A stretch of DNA of 64,000 nucleotides. Origin: Octopus vulgaris (lineage: Eukaryota). The translations under genes were made by a program, and so were the position numbers. Below, one piece after another: positions 41,519 to 55,492 of this stretch. The stretch lies in the NCBI GenBank assembly GCA_951406725.2, contig OX597815.1, forward strand, positions 19,530,001 through 19,594,000, given 5' to 3'. How positions within the stretch are numbered: position 1 is the stretch's first letter; each line of letters starts with the position of its first letter. Below the pieces are notes generated by a model. It had not been told where the DNA came from, made no database searches, and worked only from the letters and a program-made list of their open reading frames with translations.

Positions 41519-41739
41519 CTGGCAGAAACGTTAGCACGCCGGGCGAAATGCTTAGCGGTATTTCGTCTGCGTTACGTTGTGAGTTCAAATTCCGCCGAGG
41601 TCGACTTTGCCTTTCATCTTTTCGGAGTCGATAAATTAAGTACCAGTTACGCACTGCGGTCGATGTAATCGACTTAATACCTATGTCTATCCTTGTTTGT
41701 CCCCTCTGTGTTTAGCCCCTTGTGGGTAATAAAGAAATA
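41519..41739 (+). mobile_element. SINE family B inserted into an older opposite-strand B remnant
   Basis: TSD GGTATT at 41513-41518 and 41740-41745; flanks rejoin as TAACTGGTATTATTCTATCGACCC. Confidence 0.88.
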
Positions 41740-41851
41740 GGTATTATTCTATCGACCCACGTGTATCAGAAATAATATCTACTATGTTGTGGATTGAACT
41801 TAAAATGCAGATGATAGAAGAGGTGGGTAAACAGTTGCAAGGCGTGTAACT

Positions 41852-41923
<72 letters not shown>

Positions 41924-44900
41924 TCTACCAATCCATTTACAAGTAATTAATAATTTGTTACATTGGCACAAGGACATACATTTAAGTTAAACAGATACCT
42001 CCCATCAAATTTACTGTCAGTGTTGTATAGGCCTCGAAAGCATGAAAACGTTGGGATTTTAACTCAGAATGTTATGGGAGTCTATCTAAACATTGCAAAA
42101 CTACAGCTAATTCTGCCTTCCATTCTTCGTAAAGAAAACAAATTTATCAAGCATTGGCTGTTAGGGATCTTGTGGTATTAACCAGCATTAGTACTTGATT
42201 CGTATTATTTTATCGATCATGGAAGAATACAAAGTTGACTTCAGTCAGATCTGAACTCACGAAAGCTCATTACTATAAAGCTTTTGGTCCATTTTTGTAT
42301 CGTTATTGCAATCCACCGCCCTAAACTTTCGTGTATTACACCAACAATTAAGCAACAAAATAATGTAATTTAGTTCAGAATAATTGTTGCGTTTTAGAAG
42401 TCTGGTGCGATTAGGTAAAATATGGCAAATGAGATGTATTTATGGGATAATTGAAGGTTCTAAATAACTGAGAAATTGGGTACAGTTGCTGATTGCAATT
42501 TTGACTTATTTTATTATGCCTTGCGAGAAAGTTAATTATTGTTATGGTGGGGAAGAGGGGGGAGGCAATTCTTGGTTAAGCTTCAGCAACTATAAATACG
42601 GCTGCGTTGAAGAATTCAACAAACCAGCTTGAAGAAGATGGTGTCACAAGCAGGAATAGATCAAGAAAAGGGTTCGGTTGATGGAGCGGAAACATCGGCG
42701 GAAGAACAAAGTGACAATGGTGGAAAAAAATATATTCGTGCAATAGAAAACACCAGCATTCAAAGAAAAAGCAGGTAGGGACATAGAATCTATCTAAGAT
42801 TAACATAAATCTTTGCAATTAACAATATAAGTTTTGTGATTCGTACATGTAAAATAAAAATGTTTTCGTTCTACAAATGGATCAGTTACTATATATACAT
42901 GTAGATTAACATTCCTTATTTACCATATTAAATTCGAAATTAGCCAATTGTAGTAGTTACCTTTGGAAACTCACGTAAATATAAAGTGTTCATGTCAACT
43001 GCCCGAAATTAATTTAATAAATTAACATTACTTGATATTAACTTAAAAGATTAAAGAATTACTTGGGGTTTGAAATGTATATATATATATATATACAGAG
43101 AGAGAGCGAGAGAGAGAGAGAGAGAGAGAAAGATAGACAAACAGACAGACAGATAGATATAGCTATAGAGAAGATATCTTCTCTATATATATATTAAATC
43201 ACGGTTTTACCTTTAAATTATCTACTACCGTATATCTAATAACGTGGACTATTCATAGTGGGGTAATACACCAGGAGTGCCTACGGATACATCTATCCCT
43301 TAGATGGTCGCATAACCTCTAACTTATATCTTGCTTATATATATATAATGAATAATCTATTCATATAACATAATTAATATATTGCAACATTCATATACAA
43401 TGAAAAACATATACTTGAGTTCAGTATTTGTACAAGTTTTCTCCAAGGAAATGTTAGTGTTGTTAAGTGCATTGAATTTGAAGTTAGTTGCAGCGATTTC
43501 AGACGTCTCCACACGTAATTTGCTAATATCATGGTATATGAAATAGTTATCTCGATGTTAAGAAATATACGTTCATAAGTAAAAGTATTACATACTGATT
43601 TTCTAAGACAGTTTTTAATCATGTCTTTTCCCACATCGATATTTTAATTAAGAAGTCTTACATTGGTCATGATACCTCCTCAATATTTTCAAAGTCAATT
43701 CACATCAGATGGATACAATGAGCAACAAAACCTCTATTCGTATTGTCTCATCAGCTATACAAGACGTTTGATGAGTAAATTATTCAAGTCTATCCAACAT
43801 ACTGTCATAACTCAGAGACATTCATAATCGCCTTAGAATATTTCAAACTGCAGCGCAGTGCCAAGCTCCGTAGAATAAAAACTGACGGTGTTTTGTTTCC
43901 TTTTTTTTTTCCAATGTCAAACCATGCCTGCTGCTCACTTATTTCTCTCTCGCTTTATTGCATAAATCTACAGATGATCTAGAAAAATACATCATCTATA
44001 TATTATGTGGAAAAATATGTATATATTAAATAAAAAATGTAATGTGATTTTCATGGCTACTTTATGTTATACAAGATGTATTATCTACACATAGTTGTTG
44101 TGGCTTCTATATCAGTATCTTATGAAATATTTTGAGTAATCGCTGACGCCAATTGCCTACTTTCACTTATATAAATTACTGCTGTTTCAACTATTCATCA
44201 CCAGCTAAGGTAGAGATATGCGGAATCATTAGAACGTTGGTACCAAAAAATTCCAACTCTTAACGTTCTAAATTCAAATCAGGTTGAGGTCAACTTTGCC
44301 GTCCATCATTTTGGAGTCGATAAAATAGAGAAAAACAAAAGCCTAGGGTTGATGGCATCGACTGATTCCTTCCCATTAAGATTATTGCCCTGGTGCTTCA
44401 GTCAGGAACAATTATTGATCACCAGATAATTATCTTGAAAATTGCAACTTCCCAAAGAAAACTGGATTTACTATAGTTTGAACAAATTCTTCAAATTTAT
44501 CATATACTAAGTGACATACGACGCAAGATATATCTATTGTTTCAGTAATGTGAAATAAGAAACGATATCGATAAAAGTTTCAAAATAGTAATTATAACAT
44601 ACATATTTAGTAAAATATTAAAAAAATCTTTCTATTCACAAGTCCTCGACTTTGGAATAATGGTATAGTCGTCTAAATCTACCCCAGTACTTGACTGTAC
44701 TTTATTTTATCGACCCGGTATATTATTGACAATGATTTCTTTAAGTATAATAAGAGTTTATCATTTTGATATATAACGCGTTGATTTCTCACTATTACGT
44801 AATTATTACTTTTCATTGTTGAAATCAACTTTTCATTTCCTGATATTGATAAGATACAAGTGCTATAAATCTGTGATTGTGTATCTATCTAAGAGACGAA

Positions 44901-46610
44901 TGATAATAATCAAATATTTTACATGACATCCTAATTTTAAATAATTTGTAGCTTTGCCAGCGTGCCCTATTTAAGCAAAAAACGCTGTTACGCGAGAACG
45001 CTGATAGTAAACATTATATATATATTTATAACATTTTACAAATAATATTAGTTTTCTTCGGTGTTATAAATTCGATCAACGACACGAGGTCTAACTAATA
45101 GTGGCACATAATTAAGTAAATTGTATACGAAATGTCACTTAAGTATTTCTAACATTTACATGTTGACATTAAGCAAAGTTCCTCACCAATTAACAATCTA
45201 TAAGTGCATTCATGGAAATATGTTTATAAGAGTGAGACACCGCCCGAAAGTAATTAACATTAATAGAAATTTGTTTACTAGTAGAGTAAAATTATTTCGT
45301 TGAGTGTTCACTTGGTATTAACTGAGTACTTATAATATTTAGAAGTTTTATTTGACAGAAACTTAATCTTTGACATTCGGCAAAAGGAAAGTCATGTTTC
45401 ATCAAATGATATCTGTTGACATCAAAGCAATTATTACCTTCCTTATACTTTGTCTCTGATGTAGAAGCATTCCAAGGATGTTAATATTGTTAGAAGTATA
45501 TATCTTGTAACGTATATAGTAATTTTAGGCGAAGTTGATTATATCTTTATAGCTTGATCGCTCTATCTTTCTGAGAGGGATATGTATATATATATATATC
45601 ACAAATATTCCTGATACTGATATTGAAGACGTATACTTCGCCCAATCTAACTTTTCGTCAGCACTCCTATAAACTACAAGGTAAAAAGGCAATAATTTGT
45701 GCTTGAACGCAATATTTCAACTATTTGATTTATCACCCGTGAATAACTTTTTCTTCGTTTGCTCTTTTCCCTCTGCGAAAATTGGGTCTTATATATATTT
45801 TTTTTTAATTACCGATCGCTGACAGTTACTTCGATGGTTATTACATATAACATTCTCTTTCCTTCTTCGAATTTCTTAATGAAATATATGATTGGGGAAT
45901 AATAAATTATACTCCAATGCTGAAATTAATTATAAACCCTTTACAATCACGCAAAAAAATACTTGATGCCAAAAAGAAAATATTGTATTGATATTTGCTT
46001 TGACTACACTGACATCTAAGAATGATACTTTTTCATGCTATTATGAAAGACATCATTTTTTTAAATAATACATCCTCTGTGGGTTCTGAAGAAATTCAAT
46101 TATTTTTGGGTCTCGATGGTGTATTAATGAAGCCCCACTATAAAACAATGTATTCCTGTTTTTATGACTGTTTATGCGTAACAGGAGCACCCTTCATCCT
46201 TAAAACTAGATTGTGAGAACAAAAGTTCTAGATAATTTGATGAGATAAAATCATAGGGGAATGCTGGAAGATTAAAGGATGCACACATTTTTTCCCCCAT
46301 TTTTTTCCCATTTCTATTCCTTTCTTATACATCACATTTTCTTTTACAGGATCGATTATATCGTACGTCGTGTTTTCACTCGTAGCTTTCACATTAAAAA
46401 TCAAAGGGAACACAACTGAGAACTAATAAACTCTGGCTGTTTTATTGACCGTCTAATTTAATACCCCCTAATTTTTGTATAGCTATTTGATGTACACCAT
46501 AATACATACGTATATAGATATATATGTGCGTGTGTGTGTGTGTGTGTCTGTGTGTGTGTGCATGTGCGTGTGTGTGTGTTTGGGTGTGTGTATATGTTGT
46601 ATACGTAGTC

Positions 46611-46647
<37 letters not shown>

Positions 46648-46650
<3 letters not shown>

Positions 46651-46914
46651 TTCTATTCTTTTATTCTTGTATTTGTTCCAGTCATTTAACTGTGGCCATG
46701 CTGGAGCACCACCTTTAGTCGAACAAATCAACCCCCAAGACTTATTCTTTGTAATCCTAGTACTTATTCTATTGGTATCTTTTGCCGAACTGCTATTGTG
46801 ACGGCGACGTAGACACGCCACCATCGGATGTCAACCGATGGTGAGGGACAAACACAGACACACAAACACACACACGCGCACACACACACACACACACACA
46901 AACACATACACACA
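46648..46914 (-). mobile_element. 3' half of SINE family A
   Basis: CAGTCATTTAACTGTGGCCATGCTGGAGCACC..GGGACAAACAC; ends at the internal (CA)n. Confidence 0.85.
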
Positions 46915-47230
46915 GCTATAGCCAAGCTAACATGGTAGTCCAGAAAAATAGGACGAATGCTGCCGTAGATTAGCTCCAAGAGGCCATCGCCTCTAGCTAG
47001 CTATGTGACACACAAACCTGTGTCCATTATAACCTTCGAACAGGGGAGGTCAGCAGCTTCCCCTTGTTGGTTTGGCAACCACAAACTAGTTTCGGGGTAG
47101 TTGCCTCTCATGAATGTGGAGTACCCGAACCCCCAGCAGGCGTCGCTGCTGACCGTCTGTTCGAAGGAATATTTACCTAAATTCAGCCTAGAGGCTTGCG
47201 GTTGTGAGAAAGAGCTTTCAGTCAAGTTAT
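46915..47230 (+). other. GC-rich, highly base-paired segment of unknown origin (possible retroelement UTR or structured RNA)
   Basis: Stems CCTTCGAACAG/CTGTTCGAAGG, GGTCAGCAGC/GCTGCTGACC, AGAGGC/GCCTCT, GACACA/TGTGTC, GTCC/GGAC. Confidence 0.4.
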
Positions 47231-47249
47231 ACGGGAGATAAGAGATAAT

Positions 47250-47542
47250 TTATTTGTTCCTTCTCAAGCCATGCCTGGTTTTCCCGGTTTCCTTGGCGTA
47301 TAGGTTCCCCACCTGGACGGGACACCGGTCTGTTGCAGGTGACCTGCAAGATGCAGGAGGAAAGAGTGAGAGAAAGCTGTGGCAAAAGAGTCAGCAGATG
47401 TTCGCCATTACCTTCTGCCGGAGCTGCGTGGAGCTTCGGTGTTTCGCTCATAAACACACACATCGCCCGATCTGAGATTCGAACCCGCGATCCCTCGACC
47501 GTAATTCCGCTGCTCTAACCACTAGGCCATGTGCCTCCACCG
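47250..47542 (-). mobile_element. SINE family C (tRNA-Arg-like head)
   Basis: TGGCCTAGTGG A box and GGTTCGAATC B box on the minus strand; 13-bp TSD GATAAGAGATAAT at 47237-47249 and 47543-47555. Confidence 0.92.
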
Positions 47543-48429
47543 GATAAGAGATAATGAGGTTGGTGAGATGGGAAGAGAAGTTCATCGAGTAGGTTTAGGT
47601 GGAGAGGGTATGGATTTAGCTAATTTAGAGTAACAGAAGCAAAGAGAGAAAATCACAGATCGACATTAGGCTCTTCAAACTATAGTAGTCTTTAATTTTG
47701 CAGCGAAATTGACAATTATATCAACACTATAATGAATTGAAGTGGAATCGTTCTAATTACGTTAATATAAACATAGTTAATTTAGGCAGTCTTAATCAGT
47801 TAGCAAGAACCAAGTTCACCTTTTAATACTCTTTATATTATGTTGCTATCATTTTCCATGTGAATGGTGACTTTAAGTTAATTGTTCTAATTATTTGAGA
47901 AAAAAAAATTCCCAGGTGTCTATTTATTTTATTAAAATTGTAATTTTAGAAGACAAATTGTGGAAGAAATGGAAGTAACGACTTAAATGCTGGTTGATTT
48001 GATAAGTCACTTGAAGGACCGCTTCTTCAAGTATGGTTGGCACCTTCTTTATTCGTTTAGGAAATGATTGATACTGCAGTGATGATGATGATGATGATGA
48101 GGAGGAGGAGGAGGAAGAGTAAGAGAAAAGGTGGTGGCCATGATGGAAATGGTGACGATAATGATGATGGTAAACGTCAACCGAGAGTATCCTCTAAGCC
48201 TACCACTTATAGGACATTCCCAAATGCTTTTAGCGGATTATACGAGTGATCTATCTGAAGATTAGCTTGGGCAGATGTTGTAATTGCCAGACGTCTCCAG
48301 TTTCAATCGGTTTGCCAAAATAACAATTCAGACCCTCCTTTGTCTTCATCCATCTTTTTGTCCATCTCTCTCCAAACTCCTCTACTTACTTCTGTAAATT
48401 AATTCACCCCCCACCCTTATCTCTCTCTG

Positions 48430-48484
<55 letters not shown>

Positions 48485-48505
48485 CAATCCCGCACACACA
48501 CACAC

Positions 48506-48581
<76 letters not shown>

Positions 48582-49281
48582 ATACATACAAACGCACGCA
48601 CTGATCTACCAGTTATACGGTTAGTTTGAACAGTTTAGTTTACTACTTCATTTGAAAGCCAGAGAGTGGCAAATATAATATCGATCTACATCGGCCACAT
48701 GTAAATACTAACCGAGAATCTAATCAGTTGAAACGTCTGAATTCACGATCAGACAAAAAAATAATAATAATAATAATAATGAGACGGTGAGAAAGCAGAG
48801 AAAAAAAAAACCATTCATTATCAGCAGAACGTAGTTCAAGACAACTGCAAAAGCATGAAAAAAATATAAAAATCCCGTAACACACGCTTAAAGTCCGGTA
48901 ATACCTCTAATTGGGACAACACCAGATTACATAGCAGTTTCATCTAAACACATTGCACTAAATATCACAGTATCGTCGCTTCGAATTAATATGTACTATA
49001 TATAATACAGTTAGTGATTTAGTTAAAGAACTGTTCAAGCAGAAAAAAAAAAAAAATACATGAACAAGCAGGAAATAACTTGAGCTTTCTACGTAGGTTT
49101 CCGGACCTGCTAGAAATAGAAGTCGGATATCCATTATCACACGACATGCAATGTTTTACAAGGTGAACATACATTGGGTAATATTGTCCTTGATATCCCT
49201 GAAACAAAAGCATGAGTGTGATGTGGTAGGTATGCTCCTGATAACAGCCTCCTGAAGCTATACGATTAGAACAAGAGCAAG

Positions 49282-49313
<32 letters not shown>

Positions 49314-49891
49314 GTACATAGACATATATTAATAATTATATATATACATAAAGAACGAGAGAGACAGCAAATGACAGACAGACAGACAGAGAAGGAGAGA
49401 AAATAAGGGAGATAATTCATGTATAAACATCGACGAAAAAACGTCACGGTAAATCGGAGCTTAATTAATAACAGATGTTCTTAAACTCCGAATAATATCT
49501 AGTTGGATAAACCAAGCGGAACCAACTTGCAATGCATTTACATAATAGGCTAGAGCGCTCTCGGAGCGCAACCTATTTCGCATAAAAGGAGAAGGGCAAG
49601 AATTTCACATATCCTTCTTCTAGATTGTTCACGGTTCTGTCGATTAGGGTAAACACTTTTTTAAATGAAATTAAATTTGATAATGCATCACAATTATGAA
49701 GTTATACATTTGTTAGCGTGTTACTTAACGAAACAGGTGTTGAATATAATTGAAGAAATATTTGTGAAAAACATGCTTCTATGTTCTATCTCACATTTTA
49801 TCCCTTTCTCTCTCTCTCTCTCTTGCTCTCTCTCGCTCTCTTTCAATATATACGTCATATATATATATATATGTACGTAAGTATGTATGTT

Positions 49892-49949
<58 letters not shown>

Positions 49950-49981
49950 ATTAAAATATACATGTATATATAGACACGAAA

Positions 49982-50015
<34 letters not shown>

Positions 50016-50224
50016 ATAAGTAAAAGAAAATGGAGATTGAGAAGTAATTAATTGTTTATCATTAAGAGCAAATTAATCATCTACACTTACAACTGTTTCA
50101 ATTAATACTTAGTAAATATCAAGTAAGTATTAAATCTATATTTAAATGACCCACGCATAATATCTACACATGGGGGAATATACTCTTTGATGTTCAATAT
50201 TTGCTTATGGAATGAGGTTTCATT

Positions 50225-50266
<42 letters not shown>

Positions 50267-50349
50267 ATGTGTGTGTGTATGTATGTTGTGTGTGCGAGTG
50301 TGTGTATGTGTATGTATATGAATATATATATGTGTGTGTGTATATATAT

Positions 50350-50408
<59 letters not shown>

Positions 50409-50723
50409 CATACACAGACATACACAAACACACGCACACATATATTCGCAAGAAACCTTGTCGAACTTGTATTTACGAATTAATCATATAAGTAAATGGA
50501 TGTCACATATATTTCACGAATAAAATCTGAAATCTGTTTCTGAAGTTCTCTCGATATCTCGAGAGACATTTAACAGTTACTTTCGCTATTCACCATTTTC
50601 AGTGCTGTTGAACTAACGACAGTTAATCGTTTAGTCGCACGACTTTTAGCAATAATTCGCATCGCGACTGGCTAGAATATAAATCGGCCTTGTAATCGCC
50701 AAATTCACGAAGCAGTTATATAA

Positions 50724-50989
50724 GTAAGTACTAGGCTTATAAAGAATAAGTCCTGGGGTCGATTTGCTCCACTCTTTAGTGGAGCAAATCGACCCCAGGA
50801 CTTATTCTTTGTAAGCCTAGTACTTACCCTATCAGTTTTTGGGCGAACCGCTAGATTACAGGGATGTAAACACACCAGCATCGGTCGGCAAGCGATGTTG
50901 GGGAGACAAACACAGACACACAAACATACACGCACACGTACATACATACATACATATACATACATACATACATACATACAAACATGCAT

Positions 50990-51063
<74 letters not shown>

Positions 51064-51218
51064 GACGGGCTTCTTTCAGTTTCCGCCTACCAAATTCACT
51101 CACAAGGACTTGGTCGGCCGGAGGCTATAATAGAAGACACTTACCCAAGTTTCCATGCAGTGGGACTGAATCGGGAACCATGTAGGCAAGCCACTTACCA
51201 CACAGCCACTCCTGCGCC
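50724..51218 (-). mobile_element. SINE family A whose 3' end is replaced by a 50-bp fold-back
   Basis: Head ends CCTGCGCC at 51218; arms 50724-50773/50778-50827 (49/50) with 4-nt loop. Confidence 0.9.
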
Positions 51219-51362
51219 TATACATATATATAGTAGCAATGAGAAAGCATAACGGTTGTACGAACACGAACACATACATGCTTGCAGAAACACGCACACA
51301 CGCACACCTGTACACATATATATATTCTTACATACGCGCACACAACCACATGTATATATATA

Positions 51363-51525
51363 TACGATTAATCAAAAAAATCGAAGCAAAAAAACAAGAT
51401 ACAACAACGTGAGGATGTGGTATATGCAAAGTATTAATAAGACGCCAGAGAAAGAAAATAAGAGTGGCTGTTTTATGTTTCGAGTAAAGGTCTTCTTTGG
51501 AAACAGGAGACATAGGAAAGTCCTA
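51363..51525 (-). mobile_element. Decayed hammerhead-bearing mini-element
   Basis: Minus strand of 51470-51504: GTTT-CCAAAGA-A-GACC-ttt-ACTC-GAAAC-ATA-AAAC; TCCTCACGTTGTT block shared with the 9386 family. Confidence 0.55.
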
Positions 51526-51641
51526 TTTACACATACACACTTACACACTCATTCATACCAATTTCGCATACACATACGCACGCAAACCTTCTGTTGTTAG
51601 GATCACTAGCACTATAATTTTTTACCCTTCCATTCAACCTC

Positions 51642-51716
<75 letters not shown>

Positions 51717-51946
51717 CTCCCTTTCTTTCAACCGCTTTTTTCCAGTCATCACCACGCTAGACCGCTGAACTCTACACGTTTTTTTTTTTTCCTTTTCTCT
51801 CTTTTCATTTCTTCTTATTCCTTTCTGCTGAAGAGCGTAGCCTCAAAACGTAAAACACTTTTTCATTTTTTTCCGAGCGTCAAGCTAAAACACTTGCCTG
51901 TTGTTCATACACCTGTTTCGTCTTTTGTTTTTCTATAAATTACAAT

Positions 51947-51950
<4 letters not shown>
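51717..51950 (+). mobile_element. Decayed hammerhead-bearing mini-element (2351-type)
   Basis: 51822-51855 TTT-CTGCTGA-A-GAGC-gtag-CCTC-AAAAC-GTA-AAA; lies between (TTA)n and (TA)n. Confidence 0.55.
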
Positions 51951-52007
<57 letters not shown>

Positions 52008-52012
<5 letters not shown>

Positions 52013-52230
52013 CAATTCAAATAAATAATTAATTCAAATAAACGAATAAAAAGAGCGAAGAAAGGATAACAACAAACGTGAGGACGTGCACAGGAAGTGT
52101 ATTAGCTTGACGCTCGCTGAAAGGAGAGAGTTCAATGTTTTGAGCATAGCTCTTTGTCAGAAAGGACAAAGGGAAAAGTCCAAAGAAGAAGAAATCGCCA
52201 ACGGCACACGTGCAGTTACATTGTTGTAAC
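52008..52230 (-). mobile_element. Decayed hammerhead-bearing mini-element (9386-type)
   Basis: Minus strand of 52130-52164: CTTT-CTGACAA-A-GAGC-tat-GCTC-AAAAC-ATT; starts with the shared CCGTTGGCGATTT block. Confidence 0.6.
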
Positions 52231-52277
52231 ACATAGACACACACACACTCATATATATACATATGTATATATATATA

Positions 52278-52346
<69 letters not shown>

Positions 52347-52347
52347 G

Positions 52348-52378
<31 letters not shown>

Positions 52379-52399
52379 GCATATACATATATATATATA

Positions 52400-52479
<80 letters not shown>

Positions 52480-52650
52480 CGAATGCATCTATGTTAGTGT
52501 GTATGTATGTGCGTATAGTTATTACAAGTAAAAAAAATCTAAATGTGCTTTCAAACACTTAAGACACTCTCTCTTCGAGTTACCATTTCACAAATATTTC
52601 TCTGTAGGCACATGTGTATGTGTGTTTTTGTGTGCCTCTGTGTGTGTGTA

Positions 52651-52711
<61 letters not shown>

Positions 52712-55158
52712 GCAAATGATTGATGGTATGCGTATGTATATGGTTTTAGAGCCTAGTATTTATCATCTCATTAATTATTGTCTTTTATAATATTAGATTC
52801 TAATTTCTTGCTTTTTCTTATATATAAAGTATCATGTGTCTGCACGCACACGTGTGTATGTATGTATGTATGTTTGTATGTATGTATGTATGTATGTATG
52901 TATGTATGCATGCATGCATCCATATATGTATGTATGTATTATTATGTAAGCTTACTTGTGTATATATATGTAGGTAGGTAGAGAGGTAGATAGGAAGGTT
53001 GGTATTTTTCTGTATTTTAAATGTTCCTATTTTCCTTTACATTTATTAAAAGTTTCTCTTGAAAGTAAGATAAGTCATCTAATTTTACATTTGTACAATT
53101 AAAATCTTATGCCTTCTTATTTCTGATTTCTGTCTTAGAAGCAAGCCGATTTTCTTCTTATATTGTCTTTGATTACTGCAGACAACTGTTTATATTTCAC
53201 AGGTTTTCGAAATAATTCCACTTTCTTCTCTCTCGTTTTTCTAAACTAATGTAGTCTGATCATGTAAGTGTTATTTCACATTGATTTCCCGGCCCTAACT
53301 ATCTTTTTCTCACTTTATGTAAATCTGATTAAATATCAAAGAATTCTCACAGAACTGTAAGAAAAAAACACTAAATAAGTCAATGCAATAAAGAACATTG
53401 AATAATGAGTCTTATAAAACGGTTACTTTCTTAGTAACTAGCTCCAAAATCAACATTAGGCTATTATTTCCTACTCTGTAAAATGGGTCTGAAAGCAATA
53501 CTCCGATATATTTTATTCTATAAAATCGTTCATATACACAATGACATATGTGAGAAAACCAGCAAGTTCTTATAAGTGGTAATCCAAACAATTTTAAATA
53601 TTCCTTGCCGCAGCTATCAATATTCCTAAGCCAGTTCATTTTATCTGTTTTACTTTCAAATTTGAATCATCTTCCTCGCTTTCCTCCAATGTTTACTACG
53701 TTCGTTTCTATTGTTTTTGCTACATATTCTGTATCGATTATCTTCAGCTGTTAATTTTATCTTGATTTCTTTAGTTTGCTTTTCTAAATCTCTCCAATCT
53801 GGACAATACCCTTTATGTCTTTTACTTGTAAATCTCTTTGATTTTTGTTTCGTTTTTCATCCGTCTTGTCTGTGCGTTGGGTTGTAGTGTGCGCATGCGC
53901 CTGAATGCATGTGTAGCTATGAGTGTACGTACGGCCGTGCGTGTGCGTCTTGTAAGTGTTTGTGTGTGTGTGCTTGTTTGTGTGTGCGTGTATGACTATT
54001 ACTTTGTAGAACGGACAAATATTCCTTGTGAATCTTGTAGCCTTCATTGGTTTAGTTATACACATATCAGAAAAGTAAAAAATCTAGAATATTGTTTCAA
54101 ATGTTACCATTTGGAAACAGGAAGCTGTTTTGTTTATGGTGTTTCTTTATTGATATCTGTTGAATGAAAAAAAAAAAACAGATAAGTTTTACACGAGATA
54201 TATTTCGTACAAATCAAATAAAAACAAGGACAAAATTATATAACGCTAAGTATTTTCCGTTGAAGCTCGTTATTCTGAATATGTTCACGAGAGCAAAGCA
54301 AATGAGAAATATAACAATAACAGGTAAACGCGAGAGATACAGGTGTAAGAAAACGAGAAAACGAATGCAATTGAAAAATGTGAAAGGTAAAATACACAAA
54401 GGTAGAAAATGTAAAAAATAAAATTCACGCAGCATGATAGACGGAACGAGTGTATATCAGGTGTTACCTCCCCTAAGGATGTAAATCACCTTTGTGAAAA
54501 GGAAAAAAATGAACTCATTCTGTTTTAAAGGATATATAAATGCGTTTATTATTTTTGAAAGTGTGTCGAGATTCATGCGTAAAGATTCTCAATATATATT
54601 CGCTAATAAGAAAATCCTATGTAAATTTAAATACGCTAATGTTAATTGAAGAAAGCACAATCATCGCAAGCTTTCAAAAGGTCGATCTATCTTATGGAAA
54701 TAGCAGCTAAATATCCTTCAAATCATAGTCAACTATTTCAGAAAGAGAGAACACACTGCATAATGTATAGCTACATCACATTACCGGAATGGTTTTAACA
54801 GAATTGCATTTTCATCACACGCCTAATCAGAGCACATACATTGTGAACAAATATTGCTCTACACTATTTCTTTCGGTTTGTTCGTTCAATTCTTGGCGAA
54901 CCAACTTTACTTTTTAATTCATTCGATATCTTTAAAAAAGTACCTCTCGAGGACGGTGGATTGGCAGAAATACTTTATGATTGAGCGAGATGTCTTGCGG
55001 TATCTATTTCGGCTGTTTGCATTCTGACAGCAACACCTATTATGACTTGGGACCAAGTTTTCTCGGCCCCAGTCAGTGGCCTTTCACTTGGATAAACATC
55101 AGTATCGTGAAGAAGGTAGACTAGCATACGGGGGCAATTGCTAGTCTTCAAAAAATCT

Positions 55159-55195
55159 ATCCCGTCTCGGCCTTTTGGCTAAGATCAAAACGTAG
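55159..55195 (+). pseudogene. U2: U2 snRNA 5' fragment
   Basis: 24-nt exact match TCTCGGCCTTTTGGCTAAGATCAA (55165-55188) to U2 nt 7-30; similarity ends after GTAG; no Sm site. Confidence 0.8.
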
Positions 55196-55492
55196 AATAT
55201 TCATAACGTCTTACCCGGCATGCACATACATGGACAGTTGTGTAGTTGATATTGGCCGACATAAGTCCTTTGCATATGTAGACATCTATGTCTATACCGA
55301 TATGTGCGCGTGTGAGTGTATTTAAGTATGCATAGGTTTTGATATGATATAAAAAACTAGGATTCCTATGTGTCCTCTTCTATTATTTATTTCACTTCCA
55401 AGTAAAAATTTGAGAAGGAAAAAAACGCACTCTGTTTTAAATAAAATGGAAGCACTAGTTAATTGTTAAATACAAGTTTACATAACACAGAA

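Noticed and set aside
45625-45665. Other isolated hammerhead-like boxes (also near 12655, 25055, 34719, 50575-50610)
   Set aside because: Missing stem II or one of the two conserved boxes; compatible with chance.
53040-53830. Possible decayed LINE on the minus strand (Lys/Arg-rich stretch, GKEYLKLF)
   Set aside because: Composition is suggestive but no diagnostic motif could be aligned.
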